DNA of 64,000 bases, from contig DGWH01000092.1 in NCBI GenBank assembly GCA_002395225.1, positions 23,325 through 87,324 of the forward strand, given 5' to 3'. Below the pieces are notes generated by a model that worked only from the letters and a program-made list of their open reading frames with translations, searched no databases and was not told where the DNA came from. The position numbers were made by a program, and so were the translations under genes. How positions within the stretch are numbered: the stretch's first letter is position 1; each line of letters opens with the position of its first letter. Source of the stretch: Christensenella sp. UBA4263. Lineage in GTDB: Bacteria; Bacillota; Clostridia; Christensenellales; Aristaeellaceae. This document shows, in pieces, positions 1-8,366 of this stretch.

Positions 1-2778
1 AATGTTCTGGGCATTACGCCTGCCGTGGGCGATAAGGATGCCATCCTTGCTGCTTACAACGCGGCAAACGGCGGCGAGGGCGAAACGGAAGAAGTTCCTG
101 TGACCACCCATACCGCTTCCGTTAAGGGATTTGATGCTTTCGATGTCAATGTGGATGTCGATGGCAACGGAAAAATCGTCGCGGTTTCCGTTCCCGCACA
201 CAAGGAGACCGAAGGTTTCGGTGCGGATCTGATTGCTGACAAGGCCGTCTTTGATGCACTTGTCGGACAGGATATTGCCACCGCAAAGATTGATGTCAGG
301 ACCGGCGCCACGCTGACCAGCAACGCCATCAATGAGGCACTGTCCAAAGTCGCTGCCGAAGTTTCCGGCGGCGGAGCTGGAAAAACCTATGATGTGACCG
401 GTTTTGCTCCTTTCAAGGTTGCCATTGAACTGGATGACTCCGGCAAGATTGTTTCCGTAACCGTTCCGGAGCATGGGGAAACCCCCGGATTCGGCGCGGA
501 TCTGATCGCCGATACAGCCGTCTTTGACGCACTTGCCGGACAGGATATTGCCGCAGCTCAGATTGACGTGAAGAGCGGTGCCACGCTGACCAGCAATGCC
601 ATCAATGATGCACTGGCACAGGCGGCCAAGGACTTTGCCGGCGGCGGAGATGCGGCCGTCACGGTTCCCGGCGATCCTTATACCGTCAAGGGAATGAACA
701 AGTTCACCATCTATATCGAACTGGATGGGGATAAGATTTCGTCAATCTCTGTTCCTCAGCATGAGGAAACCCCCGGACTGGGTGCCGCGCTCCTGACAGA
801 GGAAGCACTTGCACCGCTGGTCGGGAAATCCATCTCCGAAGCCAAAGTCGACACGGTGTCCGGCTCCACGCTGACCAGCAATGCGCTCAACGCAGCTCTT
901 GGCATGGCTGCCGCTGCCAACGGCTTTGAACATGAGACAGAGGAAGCCCCCAAGGCTGACACATCTGTCAAAGCGTCCTTCTCTTCCGGCTCTGCCAAGA
1001 CAGAGGAAACGAAGACCGAAACCGCCGACAAGGCCGGGAAGGTGACCAGCGTTGATGTGACCGGTTTCCAGGCTTTCACCGTTGAAATCGGCCTGGATGA
1101 GGCAGGGAAGATCACCAGCGTCGTGATTCCCAAGCATGATGAAACACCCGGATTCGGCGCGGACCTGATCGCTGACACGGCTGTCTTTGAAGCGCTCATT
1201 GGCCAGGACATCGCCACGGCTCAGATTGATGTCCGGAGCGGTGCGACCCTGACCAGCAACGCCATCAACGAAGCACTGGCGAAGGCCGCGTCGGAGAATG
1301 GCTTTGCCGCCGAAAAGACCGAGGAAGCCCCTAAGGCTGAGGCATCTGTCAGCGCCTCCTTCTCCTCCGGCTCTGCCAAGACCGAGGAAACAAAACCCGA
1401 ACCCGCCGAACAGGCCGGGAATGTGACCCGTGTTGATGTGACCGGTTTTGCGGATTTCACCGTTGAAATCGGTCTGGATGAGGCAGGGAAGATCACCAGC
1501 GTAGCGATTCCCCAGCATGGGGAAACGCCGGGATTCGGCGCAGACCTGATCGCCGACACCGCCGTCTTTGAAGCGCTGGTCGGCCAGGACATCGCCACGG
1601 CTCAGATTGATGTCCGGAGCGGCGCAACCCTGACCAGCAACGCCATCAACGAAGCGCTTAAAAAGGCCGCAGCGGAGAATGGCTTTGCTGCCGAGAAGAC
1701 AGAAGAAGCCCCAAAGGCTGAGGCATCTGTCAAGGCATCCTTCTCCTCCGGCTCCACAAAAACCGAAGAAACAAAGACTGAAACCGCCGACAAAGCGGGG
1801 AAGGTGACCAGCGTTGAGGTGACCGGTTTCCAGGCATTCACCGTTGAAATCGGTCTGGATGAGGCAGGGAAGATCACCAGCGTGGTGATTCCCCAGCATG
1901 GGGAAACGCCGGGATTCGGCGCAGACCTGATCGCCGACACCGCCGTCTTTGAAGCACTGGTCGGCCAGGATATCGCCACGGCTCAGATCGATGTGAAGAG
2001 CGGTGCGACCCTGACCAGCAACGCCATCAACGAAGCCCTGGCAAAAGCTGCGGCGGAGAATGGCTTTGCTGCCGAGAAGACAGAAGAAGCCCCCAAGGCC
2101 GCGGCATCTGTCAAAGCCTCCTTCTCCTCCGGCTCCACAAAAACCGAAGAAACAAAGACTGAAACCGCCGACAAAGCGGGGAAGGTGACCAGCGTTGAAG
2201 TGACCGGTTTCCAGGCATTCACCGTTGAAATCGGTCTGGATGAGGCAGGGAAGATCACCAGCGTGGTCATTCCCAAGCATGATGAGACACCGGGATTCGG
2301 TGCGGACCTGATCGCCGACACCGCCGTCTTTGAGGCTCTGGTCGGCCAGGATATCGCCACGGCTCAGATCGATGTGAAGAGCGGTGCGACCCTGACCAGC
2401 AACGCCATCAACGAAGCGCTGGCAAAGGCCGCGGCGGAGAATGGATTTGCCGCTGCGGATGACGCTGCTGCGACTGCATCCGAGGCTCAGAATTCCGTTC
2501 CTGCCGAGAAAACCGTCCATGAAGAGGTGACCGGTTTTCAGGCATTCACCGTTGATATTACGGTAGATGGTGAGGGGAAGATCCTCCGTGTAGAGATTCC
2601 CAAACATGAGGAAACACCTGGATTCGGCGCTGACCTGATTGAGGACAAAGCCGTCTTTGAGGCACTGATCGGACAGGAACTTGCAAATGCGCAGATTGAT
2701 GTCAAGAGCGGCGCAACCCTGACCAGCAATGCCATTAACGATGCGCTGAAGCATGCTGCTGAGGAGGTTGGCAAATGA
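1..2778 (+). CDS. rnfG: RnfG-position flavoprotein with at least 8 tandem FMN_bind domains (5' end runs off the window)
   Basis: The frame is open from nt 1; the listed ORF 25..2778 is only the first in-frame start. There are eight copies of the flavinylation-type motif D-x-x-[ST]-G-[AS]-T-L-T-S-N-A-[IL]-N, each within a V-T-G-F..G-K-I..V..P.H.E-T-P-G-[FL]-G module. The stop overlaps the rnfE start (ATGA at 2775-2778). Gene order G-E-A-B matches rnfCDGEAB. Confidence 0.8.
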   Translation, partial: NVLGITPAVGDKDAILAAYNAANGGEGETEEVPVTTHTASVKGFDAFDVNVDVDGNGKIVAVSVPAHKETEGFGADLIADKAVFDALVGQDIATAKIDVRTGATLTSNAINEALSKVAAEVSGGGAGKTYDVTGFAPFKVAIELDDSGKIVSVTVPEHGETPGFGADLIADTAVFDALAGQDIAAAQIDVKSGATLTSNAINDALAQAAKDFAGGGDAAVTVPGDPYTVKGMNKFTIYIELDGDKISSISVPQHEETPGLGAALLTEEALAPLVGKSISEAKVDTVSGSTLTSNALNAALGMAAAANGFEHETEEAPKADTSVKASFSSGSAKTEETKTETADKAGKVTSVDVTGFQAFTVEIGLDEAGKITSVVIPKHDETPGFGADLIADTAVFEALIGQDIATAQIDVRSGATLTSNAINEALAKAASENGFAAEKTEEAPKAEASVSASFSSGSAKTEETKPEPAEQAGNVTRVDVTGFADFTVEIGLDEAGKITSVAIPQHGETPGFGADLIADTAVFEALVGQDIATAQIDVRSGATLTSNAINEALKKAAAENGFAAEKTEEAPKAEASVKASFSSGSTKTEETKTETADKAGKVTSVEVTGFQAFTVEIGLDEAGKITSVVIPQHGETPGFGADLIADTAVFEALVGQDIATAQIDVKSGATLTSNAINEALAKAAAENGFAAEKTEEAPKAAASVKASFSSGSTKTEETKTETADKAGKVTSVEVTGFQAFTVEIGLDEAGKITSVVIPKHDETPGFGADLIADTAVFEALVGQDIATAQIDVKSGATLTSNAINEALAKAAAENGFAAADDAAATASEAQNSVPAEKTVHEEVTGFQAFTVDITVDGEGKILRVEIPKHEETPGFGADLIEDKAVFEALIGQELANAQIDVKSGATLTSNAINDALKHAAEEVGK
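915..2450. repeat. Four near-identical 381-bp (127-codon) tandem repeats inside rnfG
   Basis: Protein units 4-7 (ENGFAAEKTEEAPKA..SGATLTSNAINEALAKAAA) differ by only a few residues. Reverse-strand shadow ORFs restart at 1221, 1602 and 1983, which gives an exact 381-nt period. Confidence 0.85.
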
Positions 2779-3371
2779 AGAAATACGTTAAAATCTTCAT
2801 GAACGGCATTGTCGATGAAAACCCGACATTCCGTATGGTTTTGGGTATGTGTCCGACGCTTGCAATTACCACACTTGCAAGCAATGGCATCGGCATGGGA
2901 CTCGCTGTTACATTTGTTCTGATATTCTCAAATCTGGTTATTTCCCTTCTTCGCAAAGCGATTCCGGATCAGATTCGTATTCCTGCTTTTATCGTGGTTA
3001 TCGCTACCTTCGTTACCATTGTTCAGCTGATCATCAAGGCATTCCTTCCTGCTCTGGATGAATCTCTGGGTGTGTTTATTCCGCTGATCGTGGTTAACTG
3101 TATCATTTTCGGACGTGCAGAGGCATTTGCATTCAAGAATCCGCCGCTGGATGCCGCCGTTGACGGCTTTGGCATGGGAATCGGTTTTACTATTGCGATC
3201 ACGCTGATTTCCTCTGTCCGTGAGATTCTGGGTGTGGGTACCTGGTTCGGCGTTCAGGTGATGCCTGAGAGCTACCTGCCGATGAACATTCTGATCCGTC
3301 CTGCCGGCGGCTTCATCGTCCTCGGTCTGCTTCTGGCTCTGATGAATAAACTGCTGCCTAAGAAGGCGTAA
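2775..3371 (+). CDS. rnfE: Rnf electron-transport complex subunit E
   Basis: 198 aa polytopic membrane protein. The N-terminus NPTFRMVLGMCPTLAIT is typical of RnfE/NqrD. It is translationally coupled to rnfG. Confidence 0.9.
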   Translation: MKKYVKIFMNGIVDENPTFRMVLGMCPTLAITTLASNGIGMGLAVTFVLIFSNLVISLLRKAIPDQIRIPAFIVVIATFVTIVQLIIKAFLPALDESLGVFIPLIVVNCIIFGRAEAFAFKNPPLDAAVDGFGMGIGFTIAITLISSVREILGVGTWFGVQVMPESYLPMNILIRPAGGFIVLGLLLALMNKLLPKKA

Positions 3372-3383
3372 GGAGGAAATGCG

Positions 3384-3959
3384 ATGAATGCTGTTCTTAC
3401 GATTCTGATCGGATCGATCTTCGTTAACAATTTCGCCATGTCGCGTTTCTATGGAATCTGTCCTTTCCTGGGCGTGTCGAAAAAGCTTGAAACGGCTTTC
3501 GGCATGGGCATGGCAGTTACCTTTGTTATGGCGCTTGCTTCTTTTGCCTCCTATCTGGTCAATACGTACCTGCTTATTCCCTTTGATCTTGAGTATCTGC
3601 AGGTCATTGCCTTCATTCTCGTGATTGCCGTTCTGGTTGGTATCGTTGAAATGGCAATCAAGAAAATGTCGCCGTCCCTGTATCAGGCACTGGGTGTCTA
3701 CCTCCCGCTGATTACCACCAACTGCGCCGTTCTGGGTGTCACGCAGCTGAACGTCACCGAGGGATACAACCTTGTGCTCTCCGTTCTGAACGGCGTCGCA
3801 TCTGCCGTCGGCTATACACTGGCAATCTGCCTGTTCGCAGGAATCCGTGAGCGCCTTGAAGTCGGAAATCTGCCCAAGTGGATGGAAGGCTTCCCGGGTG
3901 CCATGATTGCCGCCGGCCTGATGGCTGTTGCCTTCAACGGCTTCAGCGGTCTGATCTGA
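3384..3959 (+). CDS. rnfA: Rnf electron-transport complex subunit A
   Basis: 191 aa membrane protein with the GICPFLGVSKKLETA motif typical of RnfA/NqrE. RBS GGAGGA lies upstream. Confidence 0.9.
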   Translation: MNAVLTILIGSIFVNNFAMSRFYGICPFLGVSKKLETAFGMGMAVTFVMALASFASYLVNTYLLIPFDLEYLQVIAFILVIAVLVGIVEMAIKKMSPSLYQALGVYLPLITTNCAVLGVTQLNVTEGYNLVLSVLNGVASAVGYTLAICLFAGIRERLEVGNLPKWMEGFPGAMIAAGLMAVAFNGFSGLI

Positions 3960-3980
3960 TGAAAGCGAGGAGGAGATGAC

Positions 3981-5096
3981 GTGAGTATCACTGCAATTGG
4001 TATTGCCGCGCTTGTCATGAGTCTGCTGGGTCTGGCATTCGGTGCACTCCTTGGCGTAACGGATAAGGTTTTCAAGGTGGAAACAGATCCGACCTTTGAT
4101 GCACTCCGTGCCTGTCTTCCGGGTGCAAACTGCGGCGCGTGCGGATTCCCCGGCTGCGACGGTTATGCAACCGCTGTGGCCAAAGGCGAGGCAAAGGTTG
4201 GCGCCTGCGCTCCGGGCGGCATGGCGGTTGCCCAGAAAATGGGCGCCATCATGGGTGTCGAAGCCACCCTTGATGCCAAGTATGTCTCAACCGTGGCCTG
4301 CCAGGGCTATGGCGATCACTGCACATACAAGGCCAACTATGAGGGCATTCAGGACTGTATTGCCGCTCAGCTGGTAAACAACGGTTCCAAAACCTGCGCA
4401 TATTCCTGTCTCGGACTGGGAAGCTGCGTCAGCGTCTGCCCGTTTGATGCGATTCACATTGATCCTGAGAAGCACATCGCGGTGGTGGACAAGGATAAGT
4501 GTCAGAGCTGCAGGCGCTGCATCGACATCTGCCCGCAGCATGTACTGACCATGCAGCCCGAGAAGCATGTCGTTGCGCTGTACTGCCACAATCCCGAAAA
4601 GGGACAGGCACTGCGCGCCAAGTGCGACAACGCCTGTATCGGCTGCTCTGCCTGCGCGAAGGCCTGCAACTTCGGTGCCATTGAGATGGTTGGCGATCTG
4701 CCGAAAATCGACTACAGCAAGTGCATTGGCTGTATGGCCTGTGCGGATGTCTGCCCGACCGGTGCCATGACGGCTGAGTTTGATCAGCGGAAAGAGGCCT
4801 ATATCGATCCGGACAAGTGCATTGGCTGCACCATCTGCGCAAAGAACTGTAAGTTTGATGCCATTGAGGGCGAACTGAAGAAAACGCACCGCGTCCTCGG
4901 CGCCTGCACCGGCTGCGGCATCTGCGCGCAGAAGTGCCCGAAGAAAGCCATTACCATGAGGGAGCGTCGTGCCCCCAGAAATCGTCAGGATAAGGCGAAA
5001 AAGCCGGCAACTGCCCCGGTAAAACCGGCTGCACCGAAACCTGCAGCAGCTCCGGTCAAGCCCGCCCCGGCAGCCCCTGCGGCTGACAAAGCCTGA
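3981..5096 (+). CDS. rnfB: Rnf complex subunit B, polyferredoxin type with Pro/Ala/Lys-rich C-terminal tail
   Basis: GTG start after GAGGAGGAG. It has an N-terminal TM helix plus the CGACGFPGC cluster, then five canonical CxxCxxCxxxC motifs and one variant. The last ~45 aa are PATAPVKPAAPKPAAAPVKPAPAAPAADKA. Confidence 0.9.
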   Translation: MSITAIGIAALVMSLLGLAFGALLGVTDKVFKVETDPTFDALRACLPGANCGACGFPGCDGYATAVAKGEAKVGACAPGGMAVAQKMGAIMGVEATLDAKYVSTVACQGYGDHCTYKANYEGIQDCIAAQLVNNGSKTCAYSCLGLGSCVSVCPFDAIHIDPEKHIAVVDKDKCQSCRRCIDICPQHVLTMQPEKHVVALYCHNPEKGQALRAKCDNACIGCSACAKACNFGAIEMVGDLPKIDYSKCIGCMACADVCPTGAMTAEFDQRKEAYIDPDKCIGCTICAKNCKFDAIEGELKKTHRVLGACTGCGICAQKCPKKAITMRERRAPRNRQDKAKKPATAPVKPAAPKPAAAPVKPAPAAPAADKA

Positions 5097-5110
5097 TCGA
5101 GACATCACAA

Positions 5111-5149
5111 AGAAGGAAACCAGCCCGTCTGGCTTCCTTCTTTCATTTT
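5111..5149 (+). terminator. Rho-independent terminator of the rnf operon
   Basis: AGAAGGAAaCCAG-cccgt-CTGGcTTCCTTCT hairpin followed by TTCATTTT. Confidence 0.7.
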
Positions 5150-5396
5150 GTCCCGGGCCGCGAAAACAGTTCCCATTGTGGAATTTGCGGTTATGGTGTA
5201 CAATAGGCGTCGCAGGTTTTAAAAAGGCTAACAGTATGGAGCGGACCTGTCTATGGACAAACGGAAACCATTCTGGTCAGGGAGGCCCTGCCTTAAAAGC
5301 AGCCAGGCTTCTTACTCTGAACAGATATCCCATCCGCGAGGCCGCCCGGATCTGAGCAGGCGGCAAAAGGCATTGAACGAAAAGAAAGAAAACAAC

Positions 5397-6512
5397 ATGA
5401 TTTATCTGGATCACGCGGCCACCTCCCCGATGCCGCGGCGTGTTCTTGAGGCGCAGCAGGCACTTTCAGAGGAAGTCTGGGGAAATCCGGGCGGCATCTA
5501 TCAGGCAGGGCGCCGGGCCCGGCGGGCACTGGATGAGGCCCGGGAAAAGCTGGCCCGGATTCTGGGGGCACAGCCGGGGGAGATCTATTTCACATCCGGC
5601 GGCACGGAATCGGATAACTGGGCCATTATGGGGACGGCACAGGCCTTTCCCGAGCGGCGCCATATCATTACCACGCAGATTGAGCATCACGCGGTCATCA
5701 ATCCCTGCCGGTGGCTGGAGAGTCAGGGCTGGCAGGTGACCTGGCTGAAGCCGGACCGAGAGGGCATCATTTCCCCGGAGCAGGTCCGGGAGGCGATCCG
5801 GCTTGATACCTGCCTGATCAGCATTCAGATGGCAAACAATGAGATCGGAACGATTGAACCGATTGAGGCCATTGGCCAGATCGCAAGGGAAAACGCCATT
5901 CCTCTGCATACGGACGCCGTTCAGGCGGTGGGGCAGATCCCGGTAAACCTCGCAGCATTGCAGGTGGACATGCTGTCCTTCTCGGGGCACAAGTTCGGCG
6001 CGCCCAAAGGCATCGGGGCACTGTACCTGCGATCCGGCACACGGATTGAGCCCTTTGAACGGGGCGGCGGGCAGGAAAAGGGAATGCGTTCCGGCACGGA
6101 AAATGCGGTGGGCGCCTCCCTGATGGCCCTGGCGCTGGAGGAATACCGGAAAGGCGATTTTGAGGTCATGCGTCAAAGGCGCGACCGCTTTATAACCGCG
6201 CTCAGGGAGGCATTCCCGGATGTGAGCATCAACGGAAGCCTTTTGCACCGTCTCCCGGGGAACATGCACTTTTCCATTCCCGGCATTCATGCCGACAGCC
6301 TGCTGATGCAGCTGGATCTGGCAGGCATTGCCGCCTCAGCGGGAAGTGCCTGTACAGCCGGAAGCCTTGAACCCTCGCATGTCATCGCCGCCATTGGCGG
6401 AGATACGGAGGCGGCCAGCCTTCGGCTGACCCTGGGCCATGAAACCACGGAGGATGAACTCGCAGAGGTGTTTCAGTGCCTGAAACGGATTCTTGAAAAG
6501 CGGAAAGGATAA
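5397..6512 (+). CDS. Cysteine desulfurase (NifS/IscS class V aminotransferase)
   Basis: MIYLDHAATSPMP N-terminus, the SFSGHKFGAPKG PLP-lysine motif, and the SAGSACTAG active-site Cys loop. The ATG at 5397 was chosen over the upstream in-frame ATG at 5253 because homologs start at MIYLD. Confidence 0.85.
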   Translation: MIYLDHAATSPMPRRVLEAQQALSEEVWGNPGGIYQAGRRARRALDEAREKLARILGAQPGEIYFTSGGTESDNWAIMGTAQAFPERRHIITTQIEHHAVINPCRWLESQGWQVTWLKPDREGIISPEQVREAIRLDTCLISIQMANNEIGTIEPIEAIGQIARENAIPLHTDAVQAVGQIPVNLAALQVDMLSFSGHKFGAPKGIGALYLRSGTRIEPFERGGGQEKGMRSGTENAVGASLMALALEEYRKGDFEVMRQRRDRFITALREAFPDVSINGSLLHRLPGNMHFSIPGIHADSLLMQLDLAGIAASAGSACTAGSLEPSHVIAAIGGDTEAASLRLTLGHETTEDELAEVFQCLKRILEKRKG

Positions 6513-6515
6513 CAG

Positions 6516-8306
6516 ATGATCTACGGAAACACAGAAGGAATCCGGGATTCGGAACTGGCCAGACTGGAAAGTCTGTACGATTTTGAAGTTGAACCGGACT
6601 GTTTTGCGCCCCGGGAACTGCTGGAGGTGATGACTGAATTTACCGGCATGATCGGGCGGGAACTCTCGGTCTATATCGCGCGTTCCGGCGAGGTACTGGA
6701 TGTGTCGGTCGGCAATCAGAACAGCGTCGGCCTGAGAAACATCCGGCTGAGGCGCAATGCCAATCGCCTGAGCAAGGTGCGTTGTATTCACACGCACCCA
6801 AACGGAGATGCGCATCTCTCTGAGGTGGACATCAGCTCCCTTAAAAGCATGTACTTTGACAGCATGGCGGCCGTCGGCGTTCAGGAGGGGCAGATAACCG
6901 GCGTTCAGGCCTCTTTTCTGACCCTGACGGAAAGCGGCGAACTGGGCGCGGTTCTTACCAAAGTTGTGCAGGCACATGCCATTCCTCAGCGTGCCTGGAT
7001 GGAACGCATTGAGGAAACGGACCGGAGTTCGCTGCTTCCGTCCCGGAACGCCAGCACCCAGGATGAACGGGAACGGGCCGTCCTGGTGAGCATTGAGGAT
7101 GAACAGTCCATTGAGGAACTTGCCGCGCTGGCCGAAACGGCCGGTGCGCTGGTGGTGGGCAAAGTCATTCAGAAAAAATCCCGCCCGGATACGGCCACGT
7201 TCATCGGGCACGGCAAGGCGGATGAACTTTCCCTGTTTGCCCAGGCAAAAGAGGCCGATCTGGTGATCTTTGACGATGAACTCAGCGGCGTTCAGCAGCG
7301 GAATCTTGAGCAGATTCTCGCCGGCACCCGGGTTCTGGACCGGACCGCCCTGATTCTGGATATCTTTGCCCAGCGGGCCCGGTCCCTTGAGGGCAAACTG
7401 CAGGTCGAGATGGCTCAGCTTGTCTACCAGCTTCCGCGGCTGACCGGCCACGGCATTGCACTGTCCCGTCTTGGCGGCGGCATTGGCACCCGCGGCCCAG
7501 GTGAGACGCAGCTGGAGATGGACCGGCGGCGCATCCGCCGGCGCCTGACCGCCCTGCAGAACGAAATCAACCGTCTGGGGGACCAGCGGCGCTTGCGCCG
7601 CGGAAAGCGGGAACGGAATCAGATGAAGACGGTGGCCCTGGTCGGGTATACCAATGCCGGAAAGACGACCCTTCTGAACCGGCTCAGCGGCGAAAGCTCC
7701 TTTGCGGAAAACATGCTGTTTGCCACGCTTGATCCGCTGGTCAGAACCGTTCATTATCCGGATGGAAACGGCAGCTTCCTGCTGATCGACACCGTCGGCT
7801 TTATCAGCAAGCTGCCGCATGCCCTGGTGGATGCGTTCCGTTCCACCCTGGAGGAAACCGTTACGGCCGACCTTCTGCTGGTGGTATCAGACGGTTCCTC
7901 GCCGCAGATGCATGAACAGTACAAGGTCGTCATGGAGGTTCTGCATTCCCTTGAAGCAGACGAAAAGCCGATTCTGCATGTGCTCAATAAGACCGACCTT
8001 GAATCCGGTCCGGATGAAACCGCTTTCCCGGAGGCGGTGCGCGTCAGCGCGCTGACCGGGGAGGGAATGGATCATCTGTTCGCCGAAATTCGGGAAAAGC
8101 TCTGCGATACCACCAGACAGGTCAGGATCACCCTGCCGTATACACAGGCACAGGGGGAGGCCTGGGTTCACAGGAACTGTCATATTCTTGAGGAACAGTA
8201 CACGGATACCGGGTATGACCTCCTCGTGGAGGCGGATGATGTCCTGCTGGGAACGCTTTACCATCAGTTTGACAGAGACTGTATTTCCGTGATTGAAAAC
8301 AGTTAA
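6516..8306 (+). CDS. hflX: GTPase HflX with N-terminal JAB/MPN-like extension
   Basis: HflX core: GKLQVEMAQL, G1 GYTNAGKTTLLN, DTVGFISKLPHALVDAFRSTLEE and NKTD. The N-terminal ~150 aa carry H-T-H-P-N-G-D-A-H-L-S-E-V-D, matching HxHx7Sx2D. Confidence 0.85.
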   Translation: MIYGNTEGIRDSELARLESLYDFEVEPDCFAPRELLEVMTEFTGMIGRELSVYIARSGEVLDVSVGNQNSVGLRNIRLRRNANRLSKVRCIHTHPNGDAHLSEVDISSLKSMYFDSMAAVGVQEGQITGVQASFLTLTESGELGAVLTKVVQAHAIPQRAWMERIEETDRSSLLPSRNASTQDERERAVLVSIEDEQSIEELAALAETAGALVVGKVIQKKSRPDTATFIGHGKADELSLFAQAKEADLVIFDDELSGVQQRNLEQILAGTRVLDRTALILDIFAQRARSLEGKLQVEMAQLVYQLPRLTGHGIALSRLGGGIGTRGPGETQLEMDRRRIRRRLTALQNEINRLGDQRRLRRGKRERNQMKTVALVGYTNAGKTTLLNRLSGESSFAENMLFATLDPLVRTVHYPDGNGSFLLIDTVGFISKLPHALVDAFRSTLEETVTADLLLVVSDGSSPQMHEQYKVVMEVLHSLEADEKPILHVLNKTDLESGPDETAFPEAVRVSALTGEGMDHLFAEIREKLCDTTRQVRITLPYTQAQGEAWVHRNCHILEEQYTDTGYDLLVEADDVLLGTLYHQFDRDCISVIENS

Positions 8307-8366
8307 TGTCCGGCCTGTGAACAGGTCCTGAACCTGAGAAGATCTGGAAAGGGGATAGAGAGAGGG

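Noticed and set aside
742-2754. A long reverse-strand ORF (670 aa) and a ladder of 125-aa reverse ORFs inside rnfG.
   Set aside because: They are shadow ORFs of a GC-rich, repetitive coding region. Their periodicity simply mirrors the 381-nt repeat, and their translations are Cys/Arg/Gly-rich with no recognisable motifs. The + strand product has clear FMN_bind motifs.
5253-5396. A 48-codon N-terminal extension of the cysteine desulfurase ORF, and a possible riboswitch in the ~190-nt leader.
   Set aside because: Homologs start at MIYLD, and the extension is basic low-complexity sequence. I could not match the leader to any riboswitch consensus by eye (SAM, T-box and others), and only a weak promoter (TTGTGG-17-TACAAT) is visible.
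6336-7820. A 494-aa ORF antisense to nifS/hflX.
   Set aside because: It is opposite two well-supported genes. Its composition is typical of a GC-rich antisense frame, and it has no RBS or motif support.
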